Shown here one piece after another: positions 1-9,354 of a stretch of DNA of 64,000 nt. The notes under the pieces are model-generated. The model saw only the letters and a program-made list of their open reading frames with translations. It did not search any database and had not been told where the DNA came from. The position numbers and the translations under genes were made by a program. This stretch comes from Patescibacteria group bacterium (lineage in GTDB: Bacteria; Patescibacteriota; Patescibacteriia; Buchananbacterales; SURF-54): positions 12,461 to 76,460 of the forward strand of contig JAHIRB010000021.1 in NCBI GenBank assembly GCA_018818885.1. Reading direction: 5' to 3'. The stretch's first letter is position 1. Each line of letters starts with the position of its first letter.

Positions 1-598
1 ACTTACAGTTCCCGCCACAGCCGTCTGAAGTTTTGATCTGGAGGGTGGGCCGCACGAGTGGCGGACCAGAGTGAGGATGTCCAATCTCCTGATATGTTTC
101 CTCGTATTTTGGCCACCAAATATCACGGTCAGGCAAAATATCGAGGTCGCAGTCATCACTACTCAGTAGCCCAATATTCAAAGGCTTTCCGATTCCCACC
201 GTATAGCAAATTTGCGTTGTTGCCAGTTCTGGTGGCAGGAATTCTCTTGGAATGGTTGCCACGCCAGGGCCACCGAGAAGAATTGTGGGGTTTGTTTTCT
301 GGCGCAGAGCGTTTACTAACTGCACCGCAATCCCAATCTCGGTTGACACACCGATGTGAACACCGATTACATCGGCTTGACGTTCAATGATGGTTTCGGT
401 CAGTTGAGGAATTGGCAAACCGTATGTCCACCATTTTCCCCCATCGGTCCAGCCTGCGCCTTGCTCGATACGGCCATCAAGATATTCAACATCGGCGGTA
501 AGATATTTCGCCAGATAAGCGGCCCATAGTGGTGGTTGTACACGTACTACTTTAAGTGGACAGACAGTTGGTATATCAACCAATAACATCGATTTCAT
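1..598 (-). CDS. B12-binding domain radical SAM protein (5' part; truncated by window edge)
   Basis: Manual translation from ATG at 598 (ATGA overlap with the stop of 595-777): MKSMLLVDIP...QPPLWAAYLA...ADVIGV...ILLGGPG...LQIKTSDGCGGNCK. This is a cobalamin-binding-like N-terminus followed by the start of a CxxxCxxC motif. Not in the ORF track. Confidence 0.8.
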   Translation of the reverse strand, partial: MKSMLLVDIPTVCPLKVVRVQPPLWAAYLAKYLTADVEYLDGRIEQGAGWTDGGKWWTYGLPIPQLTETIIERQADVIGVHIGVSTEIGIAVQLVNALRQKTNPTILLGGPGVATIPREFLPPELATTQICYTVGIGKPLNIGLLSSDDCDLDILPDRDIWWPKYEETYQEIGHPHSGPPLVRPTLQIKTSDGCGGNCK

Positions 599-777
599 AA
601 TCCTCTCCTTCCATTTTTCTTCTCGCATTCTTTGTATATCCCTTCCCTTTGTTCGCGCTTGGATCTATTTCGTCTTACAAGCGCATGTGGAAGAGTGACA
701 ACTATAAGAAAGTAAAAAGTACCAATAATCAACAACACCCCAATTAGTCCTATCCATTCCATTACTGAATTAGACAT
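595..777 (-). CDS. small single-TM hypothetical protein
   Basis: 60 aa, hydrophobic N-terminal helix, SD-like GGAGAGG upstream, translationally coupled to the radical SAM gene. Confidence 0.65.
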   Translation of the reverse strand: MSNSVMEWIGLIGVLLIIGTFYFLIVVTLPHALVRRNRSKREQREGIYKECEKKNGRRGL

Positions 778-807
778 TGTACCTCTCCTTTTTTGGTTGT
801 TTTTTCA

Positions 808-844
808 TTTTCAAAGACCAAACGCTTCTCGTAATTGAGAAGCG
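808..844 (-). promoter_or_regulatory. hairpin followed by boxA-like motif
   Basis: CGCTTCTC-6nt-GAGAAGCG (823-844) then TGGTCTTTGAAAA (820-808) on the minus strand. Confidence 0.4.
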
Positions 845-876
845 CTTAGGATTGAAAACTAAATTGTTGTTTGAAT

Positions 877-1614
877 TTATGCTGCGAGAGGCCAGATGAG
901 TTCAAACATTGAACGTGCCATCTGAGCAATTGGCTTGCTGTCAATAATTAAACCCATAAGTTCTTTTTCTGAACTTATAATACCTATGGTATCTCCATAG
1001 ATGAGCATGGAGGCATCAAATTTAAATTGTTCAGGTAAAAATCGAGTTGTTCGTAAATTCTTATCATCGTTTTCCCTAAAGTTTTTCATTTCTGGTGTTT
1101 CTAGTGCAGCTATACGTATAGTTTTGCCTGCTGCTAAACGAGCTGGAATATACACTTCATTATCATAGTCATATGTAATGACTTCTTCTAGATTAGCGAG
1201 GTTTCCAATAAATAATATTTCCTTATCTGAACGCTTTACTGAATCATCACATATGTTTATGTAACCCTGCCTTCCTTCGTAATACTGTATACGCGGTTTT
1301 GTTTCTGAAAGATTAAACATTGACTTCAGCACAGGCATGGATTTTTTTAGACTTTCCAATTTTTCCTCTGAAAGGCGTAATAGTTTTTCTGGTTCTTGTG
1401 CAATATATTGCTGTTTACCTTTTACCACGGTTTTATTAACAATTCCTTTCTGTATCATTGTTTCAAGGATAATATAGCAAGACGTTCTTTTAACATCAGC
1501 TTTTTGAGAAACCTTGGCAATATTTGTTACACCCAACTCAATTAAAGCTAAATATATCTTTGATTCGTTTTCACTTAATCCTAAAGCTTGTATTGTTTGG
1601 CTTAAATTAGACAT
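877..1614 (-). CDS. TrmB-family transcriptional regulator
   Basis: LGLSENESKIYLAL...KRTSCYIILETMIQKG winged HTH, then RIQYYEG and a C-terminal IYGDTIGIIS domain typical of CPR TrmB proteins. Confidence 0.9.
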   Translation of the reverse strand: MSNLSQTIQALGLSENESKIYLALIELGVTNIAKVSQKADVKRTSCYIILETMIQKGIVNKTVVKGKQQYIAQEPEKLLRLSEEKLESLKKSMPVLKSMFNLSETKPRIQYYEGRQGYINICDDSVKRSDKEILFIGNLANLEEVITYDYDNEVYIPARLAAGKTIRIAALETPEMKNFRENDDKNLRTTRFLPEQFKFDASMLIYGDTIGIISSEKELMGLIIDSKPIAQMARSMFELIWPLAA

Positions 1615-1629
1615 ATGTTTATAATTTAT

Positions 1630-1781
1630 TTGTCTACGTATTAGACAACATTAGTTATATATCCATTTTAAACCATATTTATTTATTTGTCAAGGGTCAA
1701 GATTTACTTTAAATTTAAATAATTTATTCTCTAACATCCTATTCTAGCATAATAAACATATTTTGTCAAGAGATTAGACAA
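1630..1781 (-). promoter_or_regulatory. tandem sigma70 promoters with two palindromic operators
   Basis: P1 TTGACA(1769-1764)-17-TAGAAT with extended TG; P2 TTGACA(1693-1688)-17-TAAAAT. Operators TTGTCTA-N5-TAGACAA (1630-1648) and TTGTCAA-N5-TAGACAA (1763-1781). Confidence 0.75.
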
Positions 1782-1834
1782 AAATAAAAAAAGCATACAT
1801 TGTATGACTAGATCTTTGATAATTTTATTTGTGA

Positions 1835-2323
1835 TTATCTAAACTTGTCTATCTGAAATAATGCAACACCCGTTGCTACAGAAACGTTAAGTGACTCCTT
1901 CGTCCCCTGCATAGAAATTTCAATAATTTCATCAGCTTGATTTAATATATTCTTCTTTATCCCTTCCACTTCATGCCCAACTATCAATGCTAAAGGAAAT
2001 TTTGGTTTAAATTTTAAAATTGACTTACTCTTTTTGCTGGTTTCTAACGCCACTACATTAACTCCATCTCTCTTTAACTTCTTAACTAAAGCCAATGTCT
2101 GCTGACATTTTTCCCATTCTACCGACTCCTCTGCTCCCAGCGCAGTTTTGCTGATCTGATTTCTCGGTGGTGTGCCAGTATAACCGCATAAATAAATCTT
2201 TTCGACCTTAAAAGCATCGCAGGTTCTAAAAAGTGAGCCGACATTGTACAAACTCCTAATATTTTGTGCTATTAGATATATTTCTTTTTTACGCTTGGCA
2301 GTTGACATATTTAGTATTATCAT
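1835..2323 (-). CDS. TrmH/SpoU family RNA methyltransferase
   Basis: NIRSLYNVGSLFRT, LIVGHEVEGI, ISMQGTKESLNVSVA SPOUT motifs. Confidence 0.92.
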   Translation of the reverse strand: MIILNMSTAKRKKEIYLIAQNIRSLYNVGSLFRTCDAFKVEKIYLCGYTGTPPRNQISKTALGAEESVEWEKCQQTLALVKKLKRDGVNVVALETSKKSKSILKFKPKFPLALIVGHEVEGIKKNILNQADEIIEISMQGTKESLNVSVATGVALFQIDKFR

Positions 2324-2360
2324 TATAATAGTATAGTATTTATTGCAAATTGTTAACTAC

Positions 2361-2444
2361 GCCCAGGTGGTGGAATTGGTATACACGCAAGACTTAAAAT
2401 CTTGTGGTCTTACGACCTTGCGAGTTCGAGTCTCGCCCTGGGCA
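2361..2444 (+). tRNA. tRNA-Leu(TAA)
   Basis: GCCCAGG/CCTGGGC acceptor, GGTGGAATTGG D-loop, CAAGA-CTTAAAA-TCTTG anticodon arm, long variable arm, GCGAG-TTCGAGT-CTCGC T-arm; no encoded CCA. Confidence 0.95.
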
Positions 2445-2471
2445 TTAATAATAACAATACTAAATATATAA

Positions 2472-2530
2472 GGGTTCGACTATGCCCGCCGAAGTCCAAC
2501 AGGACGTAGGCGGGGTCCCGCCCCGGGCAC
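2472..2530 (+). repeat. tRNA-Leu 3' remnant with palindromic element in the T-loop
   Basis: GGGTTCGA|CTATG-CCCGCC-GAA-GTCC-AACA-GGAC-GTA-GGCGGG|GTCCCGCCCCGGGCAC; deleting 2480-2514 restores GGGTTCGAGTCCCGCCCCGGGCAC. Confidence 0.75.
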
Positions 2531-2560
2531 TTATAAATTATAAAAAAATATTAAAATTGA

Positions 2561-2616
2561 CTGGTCCTGAGCGACTCAAAGTTAACCTAAGTTAAGTCGA
2601 AGGGCCTTGGGCACCA
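2561..2616 (+). repeat. palindromic element plus second tRNA-Leu acceptor remnant
   Basis: TCCTGAGCGACT...AGTCGAAGGG hairpin followed by CCTTGGGCACCA, resembling the tRNA-Leu 3' strand plus ACCA. Confidence 0.55.
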
Positions 2617-2625
2617 ATAAAATTT

Positions 2626-2892
2626 ATGGATTACTATCTTATAATTTATTTTCTTGCAGGCGTTCTGCAGGATTTTTTATTGACATTAAACTGGCGATTT
2701 ATTGCTAAAGATAAAACCTGGCCAGCAGCTGCTTTTTCTTTTTTGACAACTGTCGTTTCTCTGCTTGTGCTATATAATATTTTAACGAAACTAGATAGCC
2801 AAAGAAGTATTATAGCGATATTATTCTACGCTCTAGGTATTGCAACAGGAACTGTGCTTGCGATGAAAACAAAAATTGGCTTTAAAAAATAG
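2626..2892 (+). CDS. small 3-TM membrane protein (DUF5698/UPF0316 N-terminal-like)
   Basis: 88 aa, three hydrophobic helices, YALGIATGTVLAM motif. Confidence 0.7.
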   Translation: MDYYLIIYFLAGVLQDFLLTLNWRFIAKDKTWPAAAFSFLTTVVSLLVLYNILTKLDSQRSIIAILFYALGIATGTVLAMKTKIGFKK

Positions 2893-2985
2893 TGTCCTAT
2901 CAAAAAAGTAAGGCTAAACCTTCTTTTTTTATTTGCCTTGACTTTTACATATATATTAATTAAGATACAGGTCGGATAAGTTTCG

Positions 2986-3705
2986 ATGGCTTTTACTATA
3001 TACGAAGGAGGTGTGCAAATGAGATACTCGTTTTCTGCAATTGTAATGGTGATAATGTTCTTTGCTTTTTCAATCGCGTTAACTCTATGCGGTTGCGCGC
3101 AAACTCAAGATTTCAAACCCCCACCCACACACACAATCGACAAACCCGACCCTAACGAAACAACAATACCCGTTAACGCTCTACTGAAAAAGCTGGAAGT
3201 GATGGCCTACACCGGAGCCCGCATTATCAACATTGAGGTCTACTGTGAAGGTTCCAACTTGTGGTGTTTTACAGACGACGGCATCAATCTCGATCCTGGG
3301 CAAACTCATACGTTTGAACTTTCCCCACAAGGCAAGTTTGTCACAAAGATTGTGCTTCGGTCTCGCGGAATGCTTGTGTTCACAGGTATTCCAAGCTACA
3401 ACATCCCTCTCGAAAAAATCCGAGCACGTCTTGAGGCTCAAACCCACTTCATCGTTATACCGCATGGTATGCACATTAAGCAACTGTCGCTGGAGGTCGT
3501 TGGCAAACAAGACGTTAAAATTCTTTATCTGCAAATAAACGGACAAGGTGTTGTCGGCGTACCGCCCAAAATAAAAAGTGGTAACTCTCATACCATAAGA
3601 ACTGACGCACATGTCAAAACAACCAGCATCAAAATAGTCATTCAATCAACTAAAGGAACTTCTTATCTACAAGTATGGGCAAGACCTATGCGACTCTACC
3701 GCTGA
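2986..3705 (+). CDS. hypothetical exported/lipoprotein (likely start 3019)
   Basis: GGAGGTG SD before ATG 3019, signal peptide ending LTLCGC, Pro-rich linker; promoter TTGACT(2938)-17-TAAGAT; terminator hairpin 3721-3754. Confidence 0.7.
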   Translation: MAFTIYEGGVQMRYSFSAIVMVIMFFAFSIALTLCGCAQTQDFKPPPTHTIDKPDPNETTIPVNALLKKLEVMAYTGARIINIEVYCEGSNLWCFTDDGINLDPGQTHTFELSPQGKFVTKIVLRSRGMLVFTGIPSYNIPLEKIRARLEAQTHFIVIPHGMHIKQLSLEVVGKQDVKILYLQINGQGVVGVPPKIKSGNSHTIRTDAHVKTTSIKIVIQSTKGTSYLQVWARPMRLYR

Positions 3706-3812
3706 TGCCAAAGCAATCAAAAAAGGGACGAAGCTACCAAGTCTTCGCCCTTTTCTCTTTATCAAAATTTTGCTAAAATTAAATAAAGGCGAAAAAAAAG
3801 GAGGGGTTTTTT

Positions 3813-4016
3813 ATGAAAAAAATTTTTTTGTTTTGTGCAACAATAATTCTTTTTTTGTTGATCACCACAAAAAGCATTGGATTCGCATCACAAAAAAATA
3901 ATCTGCCACAAACGTCCTGGCACCACACTGAAAATTTACAAATCTCGCCTGAAACATTCGATACCATGGAGAAGGGACACGGCTATATGTACGTAGAAGC
4001 CAAGCTCGATTTTTAA
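3813..4016 (+). CDS. short signal-peptide-bearing hypothetical protein (possibly truncated)
   Basis: GGAGGGG SD, MKK plus hydrophobic core, only 67 aa. Confidence 0.45.
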   Translation: MKKIFLFCATIILFLLITTKSIGFASQKNNLPQTSWHHTENLQISPETFDTMEKGHGYMYVEAKLDF

Positions 4017-4110
4017 AAATCCAAGGCACGCTCTCCACTCTTCCAAAAAACGAGGTGAGGATCATGCGCGCCTTGTTTTTTTTGTATTTTAAAAGTAAAA
4101 TTTATACACT

Positions 4111-5397
4111 ATGGGACATCAAACATCAAAATCTTATATAAACTTACAAAACCGGCTGGATAAATCTCCGCAAGGTGCACCTGCAACCGACACTTTATTT
4201 AAAATATTAGAAGTGTTGTTTTCTTCTGAAGAAGCTGAGCTTGTCTCTAAACTTCCAATTAATATGTTTTCTGTAGGAAAAGCTGCTAAGATTTGGAATA
4301 AATCAAATGATGAATCAAGAAAAATTCTTGATGGTTTAGCAGATAAAGGAATAATGGTTGATATCGCATATAAAGATACAAAAAAATATTTCCTGGCTCC
4401 GACAATGGCAGGTTTTTTTGAATTTTCAATCATGCGAACTGATGGCAAGTTTGATAGAAAACTACTGTCTGAACTTTTTCATCAATATATAAATGTAGAA
4501 GATAAATTCTTAAAAAGGATATTTAATTTAGAACCACCGGTTACCAGAACATTTGTGCACGAAGATATGCTCGAAGCAGAGCAAGAATTAACAATTTTAG
4601 ACTACGAACGAGCAACAAAGGTAATTGACAGTGCTAGCTGTATAACAGTGGGTACTTGTTATTGCCGACACAAAATGGAACATTTGGGCAAAGCTTGCAA
4701 CATGCCCCAAGATGTCTGCTTAACCTTTAATAACTGCGCTAAAAGTTTGTCTGACCACGGTATTGCTAAAAAAATTGGTAAAACGCAAGCTCACAAAATA
4801 TTAAAAAAATGTATTGATCTTGGTTTAACGCAAGTTGGCGACAACGTACAAGAAAGTGTAAGCTTTATCTGCAACTGCTGCGGCTGCTGCTGCGAAGCGT
4901 TACTTGGTTATAAAAGACTTGGGTATATGCCCAAAATAAATACTAATTATGCACCAAAAATTAGTAATTGCAATGGATGTGGTCTATGTGTTATTAAATG
5001 TCCTGTCGACGCTATAAAAATGACTGACAAAAAAGCAATTGTCGATATAGAAAAATGTATTGGTTGTGGTGTGTGTAAAAGATTTTGTAATTTTGATGCT
5101 ATAAAAATGTATCGACGAAAAAAAACCAAATTTGTGCCAAAAGATAGTTTAGAAAGATTTGTGATGGAGGCTATAGATTCTGGTAGACTGCAAAATCTTA
5201 TTTTTGATAATTACAATTTATGGACATATGATATACTAAGAAATTTTTTTGGAATTATTCTTAATCTTAAACCTGCCAAAAAAATACTTGCCAATCAACA
5301 ACTTCAATCAAGATATATAAATGGAATCACAAAATTATACTACAAATTTAATAAAAAAGTTGAAAAAGTTGATTACTCTCATCCTGAGATGAAATAG
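4111..5397 (+). CDS. 4Fe-4S dicluster domain protein
   Basis: CYCR, ICNCCGCCC, CNGCGLCVIKCP and CIGCGVCKRFC motifs. Confidence 0.9.
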   Translation: MGHQTSKSYINLQNRLDKSPQGAPATDTLFKILEVLFSSEEAELVSKLPINMFSVGKAAKIWNKSNDESRKILDGLADKGIMVDIAYKDTKKYFLAPTMAGFFEFSIMRTDGKFDRKLLSELFHQYINVEDKFLKRIFNLEPPVTRTFVHEDMLEAEQELTILDYERATKVIDSASCITVGTCYCRHKMEHLGKACNMPQDVCLTFNNCAKSLSDHGIAKKIGKTQAHKILKKCIDLGLTQVGDNVQESVSFICNCCGCCCEALLGYKRLGYMPKINTNYAPKISNCNGCGLCVIKCPVDAIKMTDKKAIVDIEKCIGCGVCKRFCNFDAIKMYRRKKTKFVPKDSLERFVMEAIDSGRLQNLIFDNYNLWTYDILRNFFGIILNLKPAKKILANQQLQSRYINGITKLYYKFNKKVEKVDYSHPEMK

Positions 5398-5467
5398 ATC
5401 GTTACTTCTACAAGCTGTAGCGAGGAGCGGCTTGTTTTTTTTGTTTTAGAAAGGTAAAATTATTACA

Positions 5468-7825
5468 ATGTTAAATATATTCAAGACAGAAGAAAATCGT
5501 TTACCCCTAGGGATTTTTTTTATTTCCTTGAGTGTTTTATATTTTGAACTAACTCTAATTAGATTATTTTCGATTATTTTTCAGTCCAACTTATCATTTT
5601 TGGGTATTTCAATCGCTCTTTTTGGTCTTGCTGTTGGTGGGATTGTTGTTTATTTTTTACCGTCTCACTTCGAAGAAAAAGATTTTAATATAAAATTAAT
5701 ATTTCTTTGTCTTAGTTATTCATTATCATTAGCCATTATTGCCATTGTGCTGTTGCTGCCAATTAGAATTTCTAATCTGCCCATAGTATTAACCTTTTGT
5801 ACATTCATTTTTACTTCAATACCTTTTATTATTGCTAACGTATGTTTGTCATATATTTTTAAAATTAAAACAAAAATCATCAATAAGCTTTATTTTTACG
5901 ATCTAGTTGGGGCTGCTATAGGTGTCGTATTAGCAATAATATTAATGACATCTCTTTCGATTTTTAACGTAATAATAGTTGCGATTATAACAGGGTTTAT
6001 AGCAACAATTATTTTTAGTAATAAAAACAAACCAATTACTTATTCAATATTTATAATAATATTTATTTTAGTAATTTTAGTTTGCCAAAATCAAAAATAC
6101 AACTTTATCAAAATAGATATAATTTATAGTAAATTGAATGCAACAAAAGAAATTATTTTCGAAAAATCAAATTCTTTTTCTCATATCAGTGTTAGTATTG
6201 AAGATAATCAGGATGGCGTAGTTCTTGAATCGTTATCGCCTTCAATAAGCCGGGAAGATATGCCAGATATTTTAGGAACAAGAATCGATGTTAATGCCTA
6301 CACCCCAATTTATGGTTTTGATGGAGATTTAGATAAGGTTAATTTTTTAAATTCAGATTTATCAAGTATCGCTTATCAAATTTCTCCTCCCAGTCAAGTT
6401 TTAATTATTGGACCAGGGGGTGGAAGAAATGTTTTAATGGCGTTACTTTCTAAGCATAAAGTTACTGGTGTTGATATTAATCCAATAATTATCAACGACA
6501 TGATGAAAAATGAGTTTAAAGATTTCTCAGGTCAGCTATATTTAAACCCCAATGTTGAAATAATAGTTGCCGAAGGGAGAAGCTATATTAATAAAGAAAC
6601 AAAAAAATATCAAGTCATAGATTTACCCTTGGTAGATACTTGGGCATCGACATCCGCAGGTAATTTAGCACTTGTTGAAAGCTATCTATATACAGTGGAA
6701 GCTTTCGAACAATATTTGCACCATTTAAAAAAAGACGGCCTTCTTACCATAACACGATGGAACACAGACGGTATGAGAATAGTTACCTTGTTTTTGGAAG
6801 CTAGCAAAATACTTGGGATAAGTAAACCTGAAAATAATATTGCAATTATCCAAATTCAAGGTCGTACAGGTAAATACCTAAATAATTACATTGTAAAGAC
6901 TACTCCGTTTACAGAAAATGAAATTCTTAATATGAAAAATGTTGTCAAAACAAATGATTTTAAAATAATATATTTACCATACGAAAAACATCAAAACGAC
7001 TATAACGATTTGCTTACATCAAAAGATCAACAATTATTTATTGATAGCTACCATAAAGATATAAAAATTATTGATGATAATCGACCTTTTTTCTTTTCTG
7101 CGTCTATTACTAAAAAATCATTTACAAAAAATATTTGGAGGTCTAATGGTGGAATAGTATCGACTTTCTATATCGTTTTATTATTTACTTTACTATGCTT
7201 ACTTATCCCGTTGATATACACAAAATCATTATTAAAAAAAATTAATAAAAACCAAAGAAGCTTTATATTATATCTTGGATATTTTAGCTGCTTAGGATTA
7301 GCATTTATCTTTATCGAGATGTCTCTACTTCAAAAATTCATTCTTTACCTAGAGCAACCAATTTATTCTTATTCTGTTATTTTGGCTGGATTATTATTTT
7401 TTGCTGGTATTGGAAGCTATATCAGTAATAATTTTAATTGTTCAAATAAAAAAACTTTCTTTTTTATTGTGCTTAGTATTTTTGTTTTGATATCGGTTCT
7501 CTTTCTCTTACTACCAGTATTGATCAACGCAACCTTAAGTCTACCTATATATAATAAAATATTTATTTCTATATTATGTATTGCACCATTATCTATGTTG
7601 ATGGGCATGATGATGCCGATGGGTTTGAAAAGAATAAACCACTATGAATTAAATATTATCATACCGTGGTGTTGGGCTGTTAACGGAGCTTTATCAGTAT
7701 TGGCTACAGTAACTGCTATAATATTAGCTATTAACTATGGCTTCAATATTGTCTTATCACTTGGTGGAATTTTTTACATAGTATCATTCTTATTTATATT
7801 AAGTCTAAAAGAAAAATCCATATAA
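5468..7825 (+). CDS. membrane protein with central spermidine-synthase-like SAM domain
   Basis: N- and C-terminal TM bundles flanking VLIIGPGGG, GVDINP, AEGRSYI and YLYTVEAF motifs. Confidence 0.85.
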   Translation: MLNIFKTEENRLPLGIFFISLSVLYFELTLIRLFSIIFQSNLSFLGISIALFGLAVGGIVVYFLPSHFEEKDFNIKLIFLCLSYSLSLAIIAIVLLLPIRISNLPIVLTFCTFIFTSIPFIIANVCLSYIFKIKTKIINKLYFYDLVGAAIGVVLAIILMTSLSIFNVIIVAIITGFIATIIFSNKNKPITYSIFIIIFILVILVCQNQKYNFIKIDIIYSKLNATKEIIFEKSNSFSHISVSIEDNQDGVVLESLSPSISREDMPDILGTRIDVNAYTPIYGFDGDLDKVNFLNSDLSSIAYQISPPSQVLIIGPGGGRNVLMALLSKHKVTGVDINPIIINDMMKNEFKDFSGQLYLNPNVEIIVAEGRSYINKETKKYQVIDLPLVDTWASTSAGNLALVESYLYTVEAFEQYLHHLKKDGLLTITRWNTDGMRIVTLFLEASKILGISKPENNIAIIQIQGRTGKYLNNYIVKTTPFTENEILNMKNVVKTNDFKIIYLPYEKHQNDYNDLLTSKDQQLFIDSYHKDIKIIDDNRPFFFSASITKKSFTKNIWRSNGGIVSTFYIVLLFTLLCLLIPLIYTKSLLKKINKNQRSFILYLGYFSCLGLAFIFIEMSLLQKFILYLEQPIYSYSVILAGLLFFAGIGSYISNNFNCSNKKTFFFIVLSIFVLISVLFLLLPVLINATLSLPIYNKIFISILCIAPLSMLMGMMMPMGLKRINHYELNIIIPWCWAVNGALSVLATVTAIILAINYGFNIVLSLGGIFYIVSFLFILSLKEKSI

Positions 7826-8006
7826 CTTTTGTTAAAAAATATGAGGTTCTATTGCCTTGTTTTTTTTGTCCTAGAAGAGTAAAATAACAATACTATGCCC
7901 GATAGAGATCCAGTAAAATTAAAAATTCCACCGGATAAATGGCTCAGCTTTCAAAATAATATATAATAAATAATTCTAATCCCATTTACGGGACTACTAC
8001 CGGACT

Positions 8007-9047
8007 ATGACCACAAAAAAAGACAAAGAAAGAGTGGTAAATCCAAAATCTCAAAAATCAGATAAAGTTTTAGATACTACTCTTCGACCAAAATCTTTAA
8101 CTGAATTTATTGGGCAAGAAAAGATTAAACAAAATCTTGATATTTTTATTTCTGCCGCACAAAAAAGAGGCGAACCCATTGAACATGTTTTGCTTTACGG
8201 CCCACCAGGACTTGGTAAAACAACACTAGCACATATTATCTCCAAAGAAATGAATTCTAATATACGAGTTACTTCTGGCCCATCACTTGAGCATAGCGGT
8301 GACTTAGCCGCCATTTTAACTAACTTAGAAGATGGCGATATTTTGTTTATTGATGAAATCCACCGCCTCAATAAAGTGGTTGAAGAAATTTTGTATCCTG
8401 CTATGGAAGAATATGCGTTAGACATTATTATTGGCAAGGGCCCAAGCGCAAGAACTTTGCGGCTTGACCTTCCACACTTTACGTTGATTGGCGCAACTAC
8501 AAAAATAAGTTTGCTTTCTTCACCTCTACGTGACAGGTTTGGTTCCGTCTACCATTTAAATTTTTATCAAGATGACGAAATAAAATTAATTGTTGACCGC
8601 TCAGCAAATTTGTTAAGTTTAATAGTTGATGATTTGTCATCAGCCGAAATTGCTAAGCGCGCACGTAAAACTCCACGTGTGGCAAACCGCTTATTAAAAA
8701 GAGTTAGAGATTACGCCCAAGTTAAAGCTGATGGAAATGTTACAGAAGATGTTGTCCAAAAAGCCATGGAGATGTTAGAGGTAGACCAGTACGGATTAGA
8801 TAAAATCGATAGAGATATTCTAAAAATTATTATCGAAAAATTTAATGGTGGTCCGGTTGGGCTTGGCACAATTTCTGCAGCGACCGGGGAAGAAACCGCA
8901 ACTGTAGAAGAAGTTTACGAACCATTTTTAATACAAGTTGGATTACTCCATAGAACCTCTCAAGGCAGAGTTGCTACCGAAAACGCCTACAAACATCTAG
9001 GAATAGATTTACCAAATAGTCAAAGTTCACCCCCAACCCTTTTTTAA
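8007..9047 (+). CDS. ruvB: Holliday junction branch migration helicase RuvB
   Basis: [48 protein letters not shown]. Confidence 0.98.
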   Translation: MTTKKDKERVVNPKSQKSDKVLDTTLRPKSLTEFIGQEKIKQNLDIFISAAQKRGEPIEHVLLYGPPGLGKTTLAHIISKEMNSNIRVTSGPSLEHSGDLAAILTNLEDGDILFIDEIHRLNKVVEEILYPAMEEYALDIIIGKGPSARTLRLDLPHFTLIGATTKISLLSSPLRDRFGSVYHLNFYQDDEIKLIVDRSANLLSLIVDDLSSAEIAKRARKTPRVANRLLKRVRDYAQVKADGNVTEDVVQKAMEMLEVDQYGLDKIDRDILKIIIEKFNGGPVGLGTISAATGEETATVEEVYEPFLIQVGLLHRTSQGRVATENAYKHLGIDLPNSQSSPPTLF

Positions 9048-9106
9048 AAGAATGCTACTGACACACTCTATAGACAAAAAGGTGGAGGGTAAGTTATTAT
9101 AAAAGT

Positions 9107-9352
9107 ATGGAAATAACTTTAGAAATTTTTTATTATGCTTACTTAGTGATGGTGGGAATTTCTTTTCTATTCAGTTTTGTAGTTGTTTGGCATCTACTTC
9201 GTTTTGGACATTTTAATATTTCCAGTATAGTTTTTGTTTGCGCTTACCTCGTAGTCGCCATTTCAATTTTAGGTTTTTCATGGCAAATAATTTCTAAAAT
9301 AAATTGGAATGAACCCATCCAAATTACAGGTGGCTTTCAATTAAATAAATAA
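9107..9352 (+). CDS. small 2-TM membrane protein
   Basis: 81 aa with WHLLRFG between two TM helices. Confidence 0.7.
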   Translation: MEITLEIFYYAYLVMVGISFLFSFVVVWHLLRFGHFNISSIVFVCAYLVVAISILGFSWQIISKINWNEPIQITGGFQLNK

Positions 9353-9354
9353 TT

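Noticed and set aside
58-390. 110-aa plus-strand ORF
   Set aside because: Antisense shadow of the radical SAM gene on the minus strand
7895-7966. 23-codon ORF just after the third terminator-promoter module
   Set aside because: Position is suggestive of a leader peptide or cassette remnant, but it is too short to support
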